The notes under the pieces are model-generated. The model saw only the letters and a list, made by a program, of their open reading frames with translations, did not search any database and was not told where the DNA came from. The translations under genes and the position numbers were made by a program. A stretch of DNA of 64,000 bases from Phoronis australis (Eukaryota; Animalia; Phoronida): positions 314,082 through 378,081 of the forward strand of contig NMRA01000231.1 in assembly GCA_002633005.1 (NCBI GenBank), read 5' to 3'. This document shows, piece by piece, positions 26,035-39,578 of the stretch. Position 1 is the first letter of the stretch, and each line of letters begins with the position of its first letter.

Positions 26035-26222
26035 CAGTGGCAGATCTACGTTTTCAGCAAGGGGGTTAGGATTCACCGAGCGGAGGGAAGGTCGTGAGGG
26101 AGTTTCCCTCCTCCTGTGTAAGATTTTCCTGACGACATTTTTAAAATTTTTATGTTCAATCCAGCCGCGAAGGGAGGGGGGGGGGCGTTGAACTTCCAAA
26201 ACTCCCCGTAGATCCGCCTCTG
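26035..26222. mobile_element. MITE of the same family as 23308-23545, opposite orientation
   Basis: CAGTGGCAGATCTACG...GTAGATCCGCCTCTG termini; internal similarity to the reverse complement of copy 1. Confidence 0.6.
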
Positions 26223-27649
26223 GACACAATTGATGAGAGTTAGAGACCTGCTTTGCTATCCAATTTTAACCGGCAAAGTGTAACGAAATGCAATTTTAAC
26301 TAACTCCTGATCCCAGGGAAAAATCTTGGAGCTAATTTCCGAATCCGACTCGTAAGTTAAAGCCTAAAGATCGGTTTTGTCTTTTGCATACTGTTCCTTT
26401 TACCTTCAAAGACCTTCTGATACCATCCCTAACGAGATAATGAAAACCTCACAACGTGTGGAATGTACCAGCTACCGGTACAATTATGTAAAACCCTGCA
26501 ACAGGCATGGCGAGAACACGAACGGAGATAAACGCGACTGAAGTTGAACGATTGCTGCAGAATCCAAAACAAGGTTCAAAATGGTATTTTCCTTAACTTC
26601 TCGGAAGAGCTTAAATGTTACTTTTAGTTAATTATTACTTCTGTTTGAAAGTTAAGCCTGTTGTTGAAAGAATGTTATTGTACTTGAGAATTAGGATTGC
26701 ACCTCGAAAGATGCCAGCAAAATGAAGTCGTGTACTATTTGGCTATTTAATTAATCTTTATTTCACTAGTGCATGTAGTCGACGCGCAGGTCAATAGAGC
26801 AATTTAGGGAAAACTTGGCATTTTAAGAACTTATGCAACAAGTCTCTGTTACGTCATACAAGTGGCACAATCTTGTTACCGGACATGTTTTGAACTATTC
26901 CTGACTGAGACAAGTCTAAAAGGCACATCTCTGAAATTTTCAAAAAACAAGGTTATTGCGTTTGTGAGAATGTATGTGTGCAATATTGCAATTATAAGGG
27001 ATTGAAAAATATATAATGTAAATCATCATTTTTTCACATTTTACAACATATGCACGATCCGTTTTAAAATCAACGTGAATCTGCATAAAAAACCATTGAG
27101 ACATACTCTCTGATGCTTGATTAGAACTTTTCGTAAGTATGAGGCCTGTACATATTTTTCCTTTTATTTTATATTTTCTATTTTCTCCTTTTTCTCATGA
27201 GATTTTTTGTATCCCCATATTTACCTCCTCTCAAATTTTTGACCTTTTCTGCGGTTCACTCACAGGGGCGGTTAATCCTTGTGTATAATCCATGATTTCA
27301 CCGGTTACATGGAGGTTTTCTTCGGTTGTTTTGGCTTCCTTAGCCAACTAGTTAATCCCTCGGCCACCAGGGCTCCTACGCCCTGTTTATATATATTTTG
27401 TCTTACCGCGCTCAAATCAATCACATTTTGGAGGTTTGCCTACAGGGGACTTTATAGTGCCGTGTTCCAACCAGAATTTTCGTCGTTTTTTCCTGACGAG
27501 GTTCTTATTTTCTTCCTGGGATTATCATATTCCTTTATTTACCATGCTTTTCTGCATGTCCTCTTGGTTGTTCACCTTTTTCTTCTCTCCTTCCATTCCA
27601 GGGTCGCCACCGTGGTTTTCCCACGGTAGTCTACACAGTATGTTTTCTT

Positions 27650-30300
27650 TTCCAGCATGGGACATAAGAAATCTACGAGGGGGTCTACCTGCAAGTCCTT
27701 CAGGCCTTTTGCGCGACCTCAACCTGCGCAACCTTCAACATCAGTTGAAACTAAAACGCCGACCCCTCATCGACTACGCCAAACTGGCCACTGAACTAAA
27801 TCGACTTTATGACTCCGATTACTCAATTCCGCCGTCCACTATTCAACCGCCCACTGTTAACCCGCCATTGGACCCGTCAGATAACGTCCTTCCATCGCAA
27901 CCTGCCTTCATCGCCACATCTCCAGCCTCTGACAAGGCTCCAACTTCATTTGACCCATCTATCAGTAGAATGTATGCATCTTTGTCCCTGGGGCTCCATG
28001 TCGACTCCAAAACTCATCAATGTATCTTAAATAAGTATTTATCGATTTTTCTTCTCTCCTTTCAGGTGAGCCCTCCACCTCCTCCAATCGTAACACCCCA
28101 TTTTTTCACCTCGTCACGACCAAAGGCCATCTCGTCCAACCTATAGTGGACTCACGCCTTCAACATTTTCCACTCCATCCTGGTTCAGAAGTTCCCTCAG
28201 GACGCCCATAAGCTCCCCAAATATTCTACCATTATCCACGACTGCCACGCACACTGGCTCACAGCAGCCTTGTTCTACGATACAAACTTAGAAAATTTTG
28301 GTCATCTTTCCCCTTCGAGTGGGACCAAATCCATTTGGATCTTTGACGCCAAATTTACCTCAGGGTCCAACGTCACCCCTCCTTTCGTCATTCCTTTTGC
28401 CAGGGTTCATCAACCTCCACAATTTTCGGGGCCCCCGTGCCTCGACCCCTAACCTCCACTCTTTCCCTTTACATGTAGGTATCTGCTGTAAATGTAATTT
28501 CAATGACCAGCCTTGCAACCTTCCCCTCTGCAGATACCAGCACTGTTGCGGCTTCTGAGGCGCCAAACACATGGCACGTTCATGCTCTTCCGACGCCAAA
28601 GCTGTCATCGTGCTAGGCTTCGCAGCCGCCAGGATTCCCAACACCCGTAACAGTAAACAAACGTAAACCTCTCCCTTCCGATTAAAAGACTCTCTTGGCT
28701 ACGTAACTAATTAATGGTTTCTCTTTTGGTTTCATGTTCAGCGCCTCCCAGATCTGCCACCCACCTCCCACAAGCCACCCGTCCACGCTCCGTAAACCGT
28801 GTGTTACTTCTCAGAAAATACAGACCGAGGTTCTGCTGGGTTGCTTTGCTGTTCCCTTCTCATCCCCTTCATTCCCATGTTTCTCTTCGTTGCGTCTTGC
28901 CCTCATTCATACAGTGTAAGTCTGCACCATACCATTTTCGTTAGATTCATAACTTGTCCTACCCGCCTCGTCACCCTAATTCAGTTAACTCAATCATTCC
29001 TCCTCAATTCTGTTGAGTCCAGTACCAATCCAACACTGATGCTATCAGCCTGGAACTCAACTGCCTCATGGCCACGTCCGACGCCAAGGACGCTTTTCGC
29101 ATCGTACCGGTTCAACCTGACGAATACCATCTTTTAGGCCGGCAACTTCTACTACGACAGGTGCCAAGCATTTAGTTGTGTCTGTACCTGCAACATCTTA
29201 GGAAAGTTCAGTTCTGCGATTCAGTGGATACTGGAAAACAACCTCAATGTCGCCGGCATATCTCACTACCTCGACGACTTCTTTTCCTTGGGTCCCCATC
29301 CTGGCCAAAATGCTCTAAGGACCTCGCCCCGTTTATGTCACTCTGGGACTGTGGCCATCCCTATCAATAACAACAAGCCGATTCAACCAACCACCTTAAT
29401 CACCATCTACGACATCCATCTCGATTCTGCGACCACGACTGCTTCTCTCCCACAGGACAAGGTGGACAAGGCTGCCGACCTCCTCCTTGACTTCCAAAAG
29501 CGCTGGAAGGTTACACTTCGCGATCTTCATTCCTTGATTGGTGTACTCAACTTCGTCTTCTCTGTCATCGTGCCCGGCCACGCAGATATAACGATACCAG
29601 ACCACTTCGTCACTCTCAATAAAGAAGCCAGAGTGGACCTCAGGACTTCAATGGGAAAAAACTGTTTGTATTCGACGAATGGACATATCCCGATACCATA
29701 AAAGAGTACTCCGACGCGGCAGGTTTGCCTGTCAGTAGCCTGCGCACATTCAACGCCATCACATAACGTTCAAGAAACTCCTACCTATGTGTTGTCATAG
29801 CGCTTGAGTTTTGGTTCTCGAAGCTCGACAATCACAAGATTCTCTTCCTGTGCGACAACAGTGCTGTCGTTGACATTATCAACAAGACCTCTTCCCAACA
29901 CCACCCATTATGTCCCTAGTTCGTCGTCTAGTCGTCTCCGTTCTTACTTTTAACGTTCATTTTAAGGCAAAACATATCCCTGGTCTCACTAACGTCGTTG
30001 CTGATGCATTTTCTCGTTTCATCTTACAGGTCGCCTTTTCCCAGGGTTCTTAGCTCAGCTCTCATCAGACGCAGATCCCGCCACATCTCTTAAAGGCGTG
30101 ACTAGACTGCTCCGGGCTTCCCTTACCCTTCCATACCACAGTCCTTCACCCGCATCCTCCACAACCTTTGCACAATTCTACCTCTCCTCTACTTACTCAC
30201 CTCTTACACTGGCTATTAACATGCCTTTCTTACCCAACTACACCCCCATCTTTTCGAATCTGGCACTAGTGCCTCGTATATCCTGTCCTATTTCTGTGCT
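27650..30300 (+). mobile_element. Degenerate DIRS/Ngaro-type tyrosine-recombinase retrotransposon (gag, RT, RNase H)
   Basis: Cys/His finger C..CNF...C....CRYQH.C (~28480); RT motifs SDAKDAFRIVPV (~29076) and HYLDDF (~29264); RNase H motifs YSDAAG, CDNSAVVDIINK and HIPGLTNVVADAFSR; C-rich strand; many frameshifts. Confidence 0.85.
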
Positions 30301-31649
30301 CTTAAGTCGATCAAGTTTTGTTAGGCCAAAGGAACAAAATACAGAGAGATAATTTATACTGGATTATTAACGTTTTACGTAAACAACCTCATTGAAAACG
30401 TCTGTGTACATCGAAGTTGGGTGCAAAAACACGTAACAGTTTACTTTAATTGAAACTGAATTAATAAACAATGCAATGCGTTTTTGTGTCGTCTAGAGTG
30501 ACTGCTTACTGAGACAAATAAGGGTTAAGATTGGCAAAACACTCATATTTGTGAAGCATGATATATGTCCATGACATCACATGAGTAGTTGCTCACGGAC
30601 ATTGGGTAGTATGACAATCAGCTGCTTTTTATGCTTATGTTCACGACTTTAGACCACCGGTGTATAGATTTGTTTTGCCTACTACTTCGTACCATGATAA
30701 ATGTGATATTTTTACGGAACTGATCAACAAAATTATGCTCAATACCATTTCCTAGTATCATTCTGAAAATCGGATACTACAATTTGACTCACTTAACGAG
30801 GAGCAATCACAAGATTTAAGAATGTATTTTAAGTCAAATTGAAACACATTTACGCTTAAAACAACTTCGTTTGCCAGTAGGTAAAATTGAGCTGAGACAT
30901 GATCATTCTAATTAACCTGACAGCAACACAAGTGTCTTATAATGTAACAATGACGAAAATGCAGGCTTACATTAGAACCCATAGCCTAATCTCTGATTTT
31001 GATGCACATCTCGAAAATTGAGCAATTCCATGCCCTGGGCAACTTTGCAGACTTGTACTCCAATCATGCGACATGATTGACTAATTTTCTGAGGTTCAAG
31101 TAATGTGTTTGGATCATGCAGGCTGCAAGTACCCATTTTCTCCTAAACTGCACAGTATAAGACGGAGATACAGAGGAAAAAGTGGTCATCAATAACTGAG
31201 TAAGGTTCAGTTTCGCACACTTATTATTTCTCTGAAAACTTAATGGAATAAATGAGATCAACTTACTGTTTCATGGGAATGTGAAGGTACTCAGTATTCT
31301 CATATCTGGAAAAATAATGGAAAACCAATTAGACAGTCTCAAGTATAGCCATGTTGACCATATACATGTACTCACTACAACCAACAGGAATATGAACTTT
31401 CTAATAAAGGTATTGACATGACCAGGTGAGGGAGAGTGGGGACCATGTCTCGAACACTTCCTATTAACTTCTGCCCCCACTCCTTCCTCAGGGACAAGTC
31501 TTTACACCAACTGCTACACTGTTTTGTTTGTTGAAATCGATCTAAGAAGTGTAAATAACTAATCTGGGCCAGCGCGAATCAGTATAAGTAAGCGCAACAA
31601 ATCGCAAGACCAAAACTGAACAGCGGATCGAATCATCTCTCTTCAAAAT

Positions 31650-32050
31650 GATTCGGGTCTGATGCCGACTGAGATCAATTACCCAGTGAATGCTCTAATC
31701 GTGTGCGAGTCACTAAACATTTTACAAACAGCACACTTAGCTTGTCCATCAAACGCCTTGCAAAATCTTCACGAGGTCGAACATTAAATCTTGTCCAAAT
31801 TGCTTCCCACCTTTCGAACGAGTCGCTTAGGTACACGGTTTGTCGGTAATGCCGCTTTTTGTACTAACTAACTCGTCTTTTTTCCCTAATCTTACAGAGC
31901 AGGACGACCGCGTTTCACGTTCGACAGTACACTACCAGTCTCCGTCATTTGTACATGTATTTCTGTTGACCTCTGTGGCTGTATTGTTGTCGTAAAGTAT
32001 TTTGTATTTTACTGACTGTCCTTTTTATTCCTTGTAAAAATTTCATTCGC
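31650..32050 (-). mobile_element. Tc1/mariner-like transposase relic
   Basis: Minus-strand ETGSVLSNVKRGRP resembles the ETGSV...GRP helix-turn-helix/linker motif. Confidence 0.4.
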
Positions 32051-33602
32051 TCGTAGTGTTAAAAGCGATTTTTTCTATTTTTTTGCATGTGGTCAAAGTT
32101 AATAAGTTTTTGAACTTTACGTCATACAAAAAACCCGGCTAAAACGGTGTTTAGGAATTTTTTGTCTAGAACTCGGACCATACATGTAAGCCTGTAAGTG
32201 TACCGTTTCGCTGGCAACTTTAATCTACTTATCAATCAACTTATAACAAGCTACAAGCAAATCTAGTATATACCGAGTTCCCATTGATAAGGATTCTTAA
32301 CAAAATAAAAGAAAACGGTATCTTGTACATACTTTTGTCATGAAAATTTCGTATGTATCTGATTCAAGTAATTTTGGTTTGAAAACCTCTGAGCCGCCAG
32401 AAAAATCCCGAAGATTCTTGCGCGCTTTCGCATAGACCTGGCTTTTTGCTAGATTGGATGGTCCATGGAACGCACCATAGGATTGCTTGAAACGACGTTA
32501 TCATACCAATTTAAGCAGATTAATTGTGAAAACTTCCGGTGACGCACCCAAAAGCACGCTCATTAACGCATAGCATTCGTCATTTTCCGGTTTACGTTGT
32601 AATTTACATATATAAAGTACTATAAGGTAATACTCAACAGTTTTTGCTCAATTAAGGCTTGAAACAAAGTCTACTGAAATTGATTCCAATGTCAATTTTT
32701 TCATTTTGAAGACCACCGGAAGAGCATCCGGCTACTTGGAAAAACGAGCAAAAATTTGCCAAATCAGTAGTTTTCACCCCAAAGCCACCACTTGTATGTA
32801 ATATACATGTAAACGATAACTTCACTGGAAAGTGGACGAACATCGAATGAGCTTTTCCAAAAGGGCCAGGGATTGTTGGAGAAAAAATGAGTTTGAAGCA
32901 GTTAATAGTATGGTAATTGGGTAACTGGTAATGGAAAGCAAAAGGCAAAAACAAATGAATGTTCAAAATACATGTATTTCAAGTTACAACAAGGAATTGT
33001 ATCTACTAGGAAAAGGCGGATCCAGGATGTTCTGGTAAAACGATGGATTTTAGAGGATTCTATATCACAGCGAGTCGAAAACAGTTAATGAAAATAGGTA
33101 CATGTATCGTCGTCTGCTTGTGCAGGGGTATAATCAATGAACATTATGAGAAAAGACCGAACCGTGTGATGCATTCTGGGAAACAAAGTCAAACAAATTT
33201 AATTTTTTTGTTTACTCTTTAATAGGATTCATGCTGAATATTAGAAAATGACCCAATTTTTGGGCATTCTCTAGGACCCTATAGGATTTTGACATGGACG
33301 ATGTAAGTCTTCCTTTAAAATCGGCTTTGGAAAATGCAACAATATTTCCTATAGTTTTTGTTTTAACGAGACAAAATGCCATCACCATATTACTTCACTT
33401 GTAAACTACTACAAACAACTGATTGACAACATGCGGTTCACGTTTGATTGACCTATCAAAATATTTTTAAAACTCTCCAGAAGCAATCCTGTCGGATTTT
33501 TGCAGCTATAGAGACTGTTTTAATTTCCTGTAGAAAATACGTGTGTGTTTTTTATTGGAAATGTCTCTGAAGTATGGATTTATAATGATCAAATATAGAT
33601 AA

Positions 33603-34836
33603 TTGATTAAACACATGACACTTATAGTTATTGGCAGTTTTTATTCCGTTTAGTTCATACGTTCGAAATAAAACTCTAAACTCGATGGATCAATGAATAA
33701 CTGACCAAGAGACAACATTAAATGTACAAGATATTTCGAAACATACTTGGTCCATTCTCAGCTGGAGATAAAATGACGTAGTTATGCCACCAAAGAGCAT
33801 AAGCTGGAGACATACACAGTGGGGCACGGCAGGTGTAAAATAAAAAGAGTAACAAATGAAGGGGGTAATAGGAAAGTCACGCAAATTAGTGTAACTTGCG
33901 GTGCAACCCCGTTTGCTGCTCAATCAAAAGAGAGCATATTCGGTATCGTCCAACTGGCTACTGTTTATTCAAGTGGTAGGTCTAGTAAGACAAACATTGG
34001 TGAATAATGGGTATACTGATGCTTTAATAGACCTCCATGTTAAGCGATTCATGTCCAGAATTAATTGTGAAGTCCCTGCATGTCGGACCGGTGTGCCCAA
34101 AAGGTATTTTAAAATATGTGATGTCCGATAATTACCTCCAGGACGAACACGCCATTACGAAGTTTGTAAGCTCGATGATTACCTCGATGTTATTATTTAT
34201 TATCGGAATAGGAAGTCTTCCTACTTTGTCATGAAAAGTAACTTTTTTTAAAGTGAAAGTCCGTCCCGTTACCCAGTGTAGTGTTGTTTATGAGTTTGTA
34301 TGCCCTACATGTATGTTCAAATGTCAAACAATGTTATATTGGTCAAGCGGTTTGCAGTCTTTCCCGTCGGAGATATTTGGTGCCATTCAAGATCATTTTC
34401 TGCAAAGTCACGATCGTAAAATCATCCGTCAAGAAATTGTGGAAAGCACGTCAATTCGGTACGTAGAGCACGATATGCTGCGATTGAAAGTATTGGAGTC
34501 CCTTTTGATTGGATTTGAGAAGCCTATTTTGAATGAGCAGCAAACGGGGTCGCGCCGCACGTTACACTTGTTGCCCCCCTTTATTTGTGACTCTTTGCAG
34601 TATTTCACACCTGCCGTGCCCACTATATACGTTTCTAGCTTATGCTCTGTGGTGACATTACTGAGTCACGTTATCTCCACCTGAAAATGAAACAAGTACG
34701 TTTCGAAATATCGTGTACATTTTAATCAAGTCTCTTGGCCAGTTACTTCATCAATGTTCCGTCGAGTGTAGAGTTTTATACCAAACGAAACGGAATAAAC
34801 ACTGTCAATAACGAAAAGTGTCGTGTGTTTAATCAA
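33603..34836 (+). mobile_element. 5'-truncated Penelope-like element with GIY-YIG endonuclease, bounded by inverted ~270-bp terminal repeats
   Basis: LVNNGY linker; VVYEFVCP...YIGQ; LKVLESLLI..EKPILNEQ; 33603-33870 is a diverged reverse complement of 34570-34836. Confidence 0.85.
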
Positions 34837-35284
34837 CCCTGCATATCGGAAAATTTGCTCCCGAAGTGCAGCCAGTGATCAATTACTATAGGATTTTTTT
34901 TGTAAAAATTTCATGGCATTTTTTATATGAAATCTCCAGACAAATGCCCATCTTTTAAGAATTCTCGGTGGTGTTACTGGTATATCCTTAGTAATTAGCA
35001 ACGATTTTCAAGACTGAGCGACGAAAGCAAGCTTGGCTGAAATCAGTAAAAAACAATTTGAACAGTCAATAAAACTTCAGTACCTAATTTATGACATCAA
35101 TTCCTTAGGTTCAGTTTGTCTCAGAAATAACTATTTCCAAAATTGAACATAAAACAGTGAAAATGAAGTAGTGACGGGTTAACTTGGCAATTAAACAGAA
35201 GTGGTTTGACATAAAAAGATTAAACTAAAAACTGAATTACCATGAGCTAAGAACAGCAATAAAACGAAGAGATGTGCCAGAAAG

Positions 35285-36519
35285 CTAATGAAACAGTGTA
35301 GGAATTTTGATTTTATGCATGACGTCGACAAAATTATCGACTTCTTTTACATCATCTTGTTCTTCATGGAAACGCCATTCAGGCTCCTCTTCTTCTTTTT
35401 CTTGTTGTATACCAGCGATCCTGTCGTATTCCGAGATATCTTGCAATAACTTCTTGGCTATATCGGCAATCTCACTACTAGAGCACTGCCCCCCACCCGT
35501 TGCCAGCGTTACCCCATAGCTCTCAAGACGACTGATCAGTGCCGACAGATTTTTTGCTTCTTGAGAATCAACTTTCGATTGTAAAATTTTCAGAAGCTCA
35601 GCATAAGCACCCAGTTGGATTGCCACCTTCTCAATCTCCTCTTCGTTGTCAGCGGGTGCTTTTGACAATGAAAGCAACTCTTTTTGTGTAGACCGAAGCT
35701 TAACAACCAAACTGGCAAGTTGATCTCCGGTTTGGAACTTCTTCTTCTTTCCCCTACCGACGTCGTTGATTTGATTTATAACAGCGAGTATTTGCTGTAT
35801 TAGTTCTGCGAATTCAGGCGAATCAACTTTGCTACCAAGCTTTGTCAACTTTGAAGCCATGGTGTGAAGTTGTTGAGCAAACTTAGCAACATCTCTACCC
35901 TCACTGCCGCCGAGGTTTTTTGAAGTCGCCACCATGCTGTCACAAAGCGCCTCAAACTCTCGTTGCAGCTCAACGACCTCAGCTTGTGAATTTTTCGTAG
36001 GATTTTTGGATATGGTAACCAACTTTCGTTGAAGATCAAGCATCTGCTTACTGACGAGAGCCACCTGATCTTCTGGGGAGAGCAGTTTCTTCTTCCCATA
36101 GGCAATGCCCACACCCAAAATACCCTCAATGGCACGGTCCAAACTGGAGGCGGCGTCTGCCATGCTGCCAGAATCCGCACCCATACTGTACTTAGTAAGT
36201 GAAGCAGCCGCTTGTTCAATAAGGATGTCATTCACTATCGACATCAACAACTTTGCTTCATCACCTCCCAAAGCCGGTAGTGACCGAGATAACTCCTGAG
36301 CACACACCAAAATTTCCTCGCGAATCTTGTTTATTTCAATAGAATGATCACCCTTAGAACTTGATAGTTCACGAAGTTTCGCCTTAAGTGAACGCAGACG
36401 TTTGATGTTTCCTGGAATTAGATCTTCTGGGGCCTGCTTTCTGCTTTCACTCTTTACAGCGGTACCTTTGACAATTTGTTGCGTGATAGAAGCGCGTTTC
36501 TTTTTATCATAGGCAATAC
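35285..36519 (-). CDS. Helical-bundle repeat protein, probable terminal exon (3 repeats plus acidic tail)
   Basis: 1.2-kb open frame after a TTTTCTAG acceptor (phase 1); three ~105-aa amphipathic repeats separated by GxGKKKK linkers; stop at 35285-35287. Confidence 0.88.
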
Positions 36520-37115
36520 CTAGAAAAGCAAAACATGTAAACATACACCAGTATGATACCACATGTAGGTGATACAAGAGCAAAGCAGTGCGTTAAAATG
36601 CGCCCACGAATGCACTGCAAACGGTGGGCTTCTGATGGTGTTTATTTGGAACATAAAAATGGCCACTAGATGGCGCGAAATACGTCCAATCAATCCACCC
36701 GAAAACTGGTATGTGTCAACAAACCTGGTTATCAAATTTCATAAAAATCTGTCTAGGAGGAAAACGAAACAAATGAAATTGCTACCAGGAGGCTGTAGGC
36801 GCAAAAACAACTGCCACTAAGAGGTGACACATTAGGAACATACATGACAATTTCCATAACCATCTTCAGAGTGGTTTGGCTGACAAAGGGACAGACGTCA
36901 AATAGCAACACTTGAAAAAAGTAAACATGTCCACTAGATGGCGAAAAATACCACGAATCAAAGTGAAACCGGAGGATAGAGTCAAATCACTAACAGATGC
37001 CAATCCGCCAAATTTTATGAAACTCCGTTGAGGACATTTAAAGATACAGAGGTAAAATAAATTTAAAAAATAAAACTGCCACTAGGGGGCATACTGGTAG
37101 TTCGACCCATCTGCA

Positions 37116-37181
37116 AGAGAGGGAGAGAGGGAGAGAGGGAGAGAGGGAGTGAGGGAGAGATGGAGAGAGGGAGAGAGGGAG
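37116..37181 (+). repeat. (GAGAGAGG)n purine microsatellite
   Basis: Read directly from the sequence. Confidence 0.95.
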
Positions 37182-37194
37182 GCATACGTAGCTA

Positions 37195-37410
37195 CTGGAG
37201 TCTGTTCCCTACAGACTTGTAGTGAGATAGAACCCCTATGTCTCTGTTTAGGGCTCTGGCGTGAGTGTTGAATTTAGCGATGAATTCGGCCTCGCATTTT
37301 CTCCGTGCGTAAATGTCAAGCAGCCCGCCTTTGACTACCAAGTATATTGAGGTCACTGGTAGTATGGCCTGGGTGATTGCTATGTTCCCCAGTGGGGACT
37401 GCCATGTTGA
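37195..37410 (-). mobile_element. Penelope-like GIY-YIG C-terminal fragment
   Basis: Frameshifted PTGEHSNHPGHTTSDL followed by RRKCEAEFIAKFNT...LNRDIGVLSHY. Confidence 0.65.
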
Positions 37411-39578
37411 TGTCGTCAGGAAATCATTGTTAGCGCTTCTCTTTACAATGAGAATATACATGCCAATTTCCACGAACTTCCATACATTTGTTTGGTTGAC
37501 AGTGGGGCAAAAATAACAAGACTCGAAAAGTAAAAATGACCACTAGGTGGCGCAAAATGCCTCGAATGCAGCCGCCCTCTTCACAGTAAGAATATACATG
37601 CCAATTTTCAAAATCAACCTCATAGCGGTTTGGTTGATAGAAGGGTGGACGCAAAAAACTCAAAAACAGAAAAAATGGGGTGTGGCAAAGTGCCCCGAAT
37701 CAGTCCCGGCGAAAACAGGAGGATGATATCATCTCAATAGTACAGGTATATGCCTAACTGTCAAACCCGTTGAGGACCTCCGAAGACACAGAGGTAAGCG
37801 TAGAAAACTAAAATGGCCTCTATGAAGCACGCCAATAATTGAAGAGGGACCGAAATTCTTTGTCATTCGTCGTGAGCTGCATAGAAACTCATTTGTCTAA
37901 TGTCATCAAGTTCCTGTGAGGGTTCAGTAGTACAGCTGCGGACACCGGACCCCGGACGCCAAAGCAGAGATGACGGCGACATACGACCACAAATAAATAT
38001 GCGGGAGCATAAAGATGAAAGATATCGCGGGATGCGCTAGATCAATAGACGACTGTTTCCACAGAGTTAACGAAGGAGTTTACGTTTCGGGCGAAACCCC
38101 TTACTGGACTATAGATATTAATATAACGTGGGGAAATAACACAAAATGCAACCGGCTGCACACATAGGAGCCTTGGGAGTCAAACGAAGTACAGGAGTGA
38201 GCTCCTTGAATTATAGAAATTATATTCGTATGTGGAAATTTTGTTGATGGAAATGGCAGGCAGATTAGGTCATCAGTATAGAGTCTTGTTTCCACAATTC
38301 AAGTAATTGGGAGAGTTGGAGGGAATTGTTTGCTCACACATATATGGGTCTAATGTATGATAACCGAACATATTAACTGTAAACGTTTTGTTTGTTAAAA
38401 ACATAAATATCTCTCAGAATAATATCGAAATTTAATTTGTTATGTCTCTCAATTCTTTCACGAGACTTACAGTTTTTGCAAAAGCTAATGGTCTCCGTTG
38501 GAGTATCCTGGGAATCGAAGGAAAAACAAATATTTATTTTAATGACACTGATAGAGCCTAATTGCAGGCGACTTTTTCCTGGAAACATATACGTGTTTTA
38601 GCGAGATGGGGCTCCTTCGCACAACAGCAAGATAACCTAGGCTCATCTGGAGGAGGCCACATCAAAATTCATCAAAAAGGATATGAGTATGATATATGAC
38701 TCTCTGAAGGAGAAAGTTTACCGGGTAATGAGAGGCAAATTGACTGAGCAGGAGTTAAAGACAAGATAATTACATGCATGTCATGGGAGGAAATCGCCAC
38801 AGAAAAATACGGAAAAGCATTACTGGTTGGAAGAAACGGCTCCATTTAGTCGCGGAGGAAGATGAAGGCCACATTGGGCATAGATTGAAATAAGGCAGCT
38901 TCCCTTTAATTGTTATTTTATTTTTTGACTAAGTGTTTTAACATGACAATGATTACACTATTGGACACATTTGTCTTTGACAAATTCAGTATATCTGTTG
39001 CTAGGAAATTACTTGTCAAAAAGTGGTTCATTTTTCGTGACACCTGATATATTTTGCGACGCAAACAAGGTTGTTGCAATGTCGATGGAATGCTGGGGTA
39101 ACATCAGTACTGCTTTTGTCGCGATTCACATTTAGACAGGATTGAAATAATCCAAAAAGAAGTGAATATTTATTATTTGTGTTGTACGTTGGAACTTTGT
39201 AGAATTTAAACATTTTCCATTTTACACTCAAATTACTGCGTTACTACACCACTGATAAGTCTTTGAAACTGAGGAATGCGACGTGGCTGTTCTCACCAGT
39301 CTCAAAACTTCAGGAGTTAACATAAAGACAGATACATGTAGACCGGCAGGCCTTACCAACGGCTCTACTGACAGCAATAAGTACAGGCACTTGGATAGTT
39401 GGTCTCAGTTTGGCCATGCAGTGAGAAAATGTGGAAGTTCATCCACGTTCTATTTCTAAAAGATTAGTACACATGCTCGAAATGAAAACACAGTATCATT
39501 AAAAGAGTTCTGTCATTAGAGTTCAGCAGACGATGTATTTTCTAGTAAAACACAGCACCATGAAATTCAATCACTCAC

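Larger units (their letters stand above)
36640..38015 (+). repeat. Interspersed repeat with degenerate ~130-150-bp internal units (AAATTTCAT-AAAATC and CCACTAGRTGGCG motifs), possibly Helitron/Helentron-derived
   Basis: Recurring motifs; related copies at ~17590-18170, ~43860-45260 and ~59490-60070. Confidence 0.55.

Noticed and set aside
27436-28146. 236-aa ORF as a host gene
   Set aside because: Runs into the gag-like region of the DIRS/Ngaro relic; low complexity
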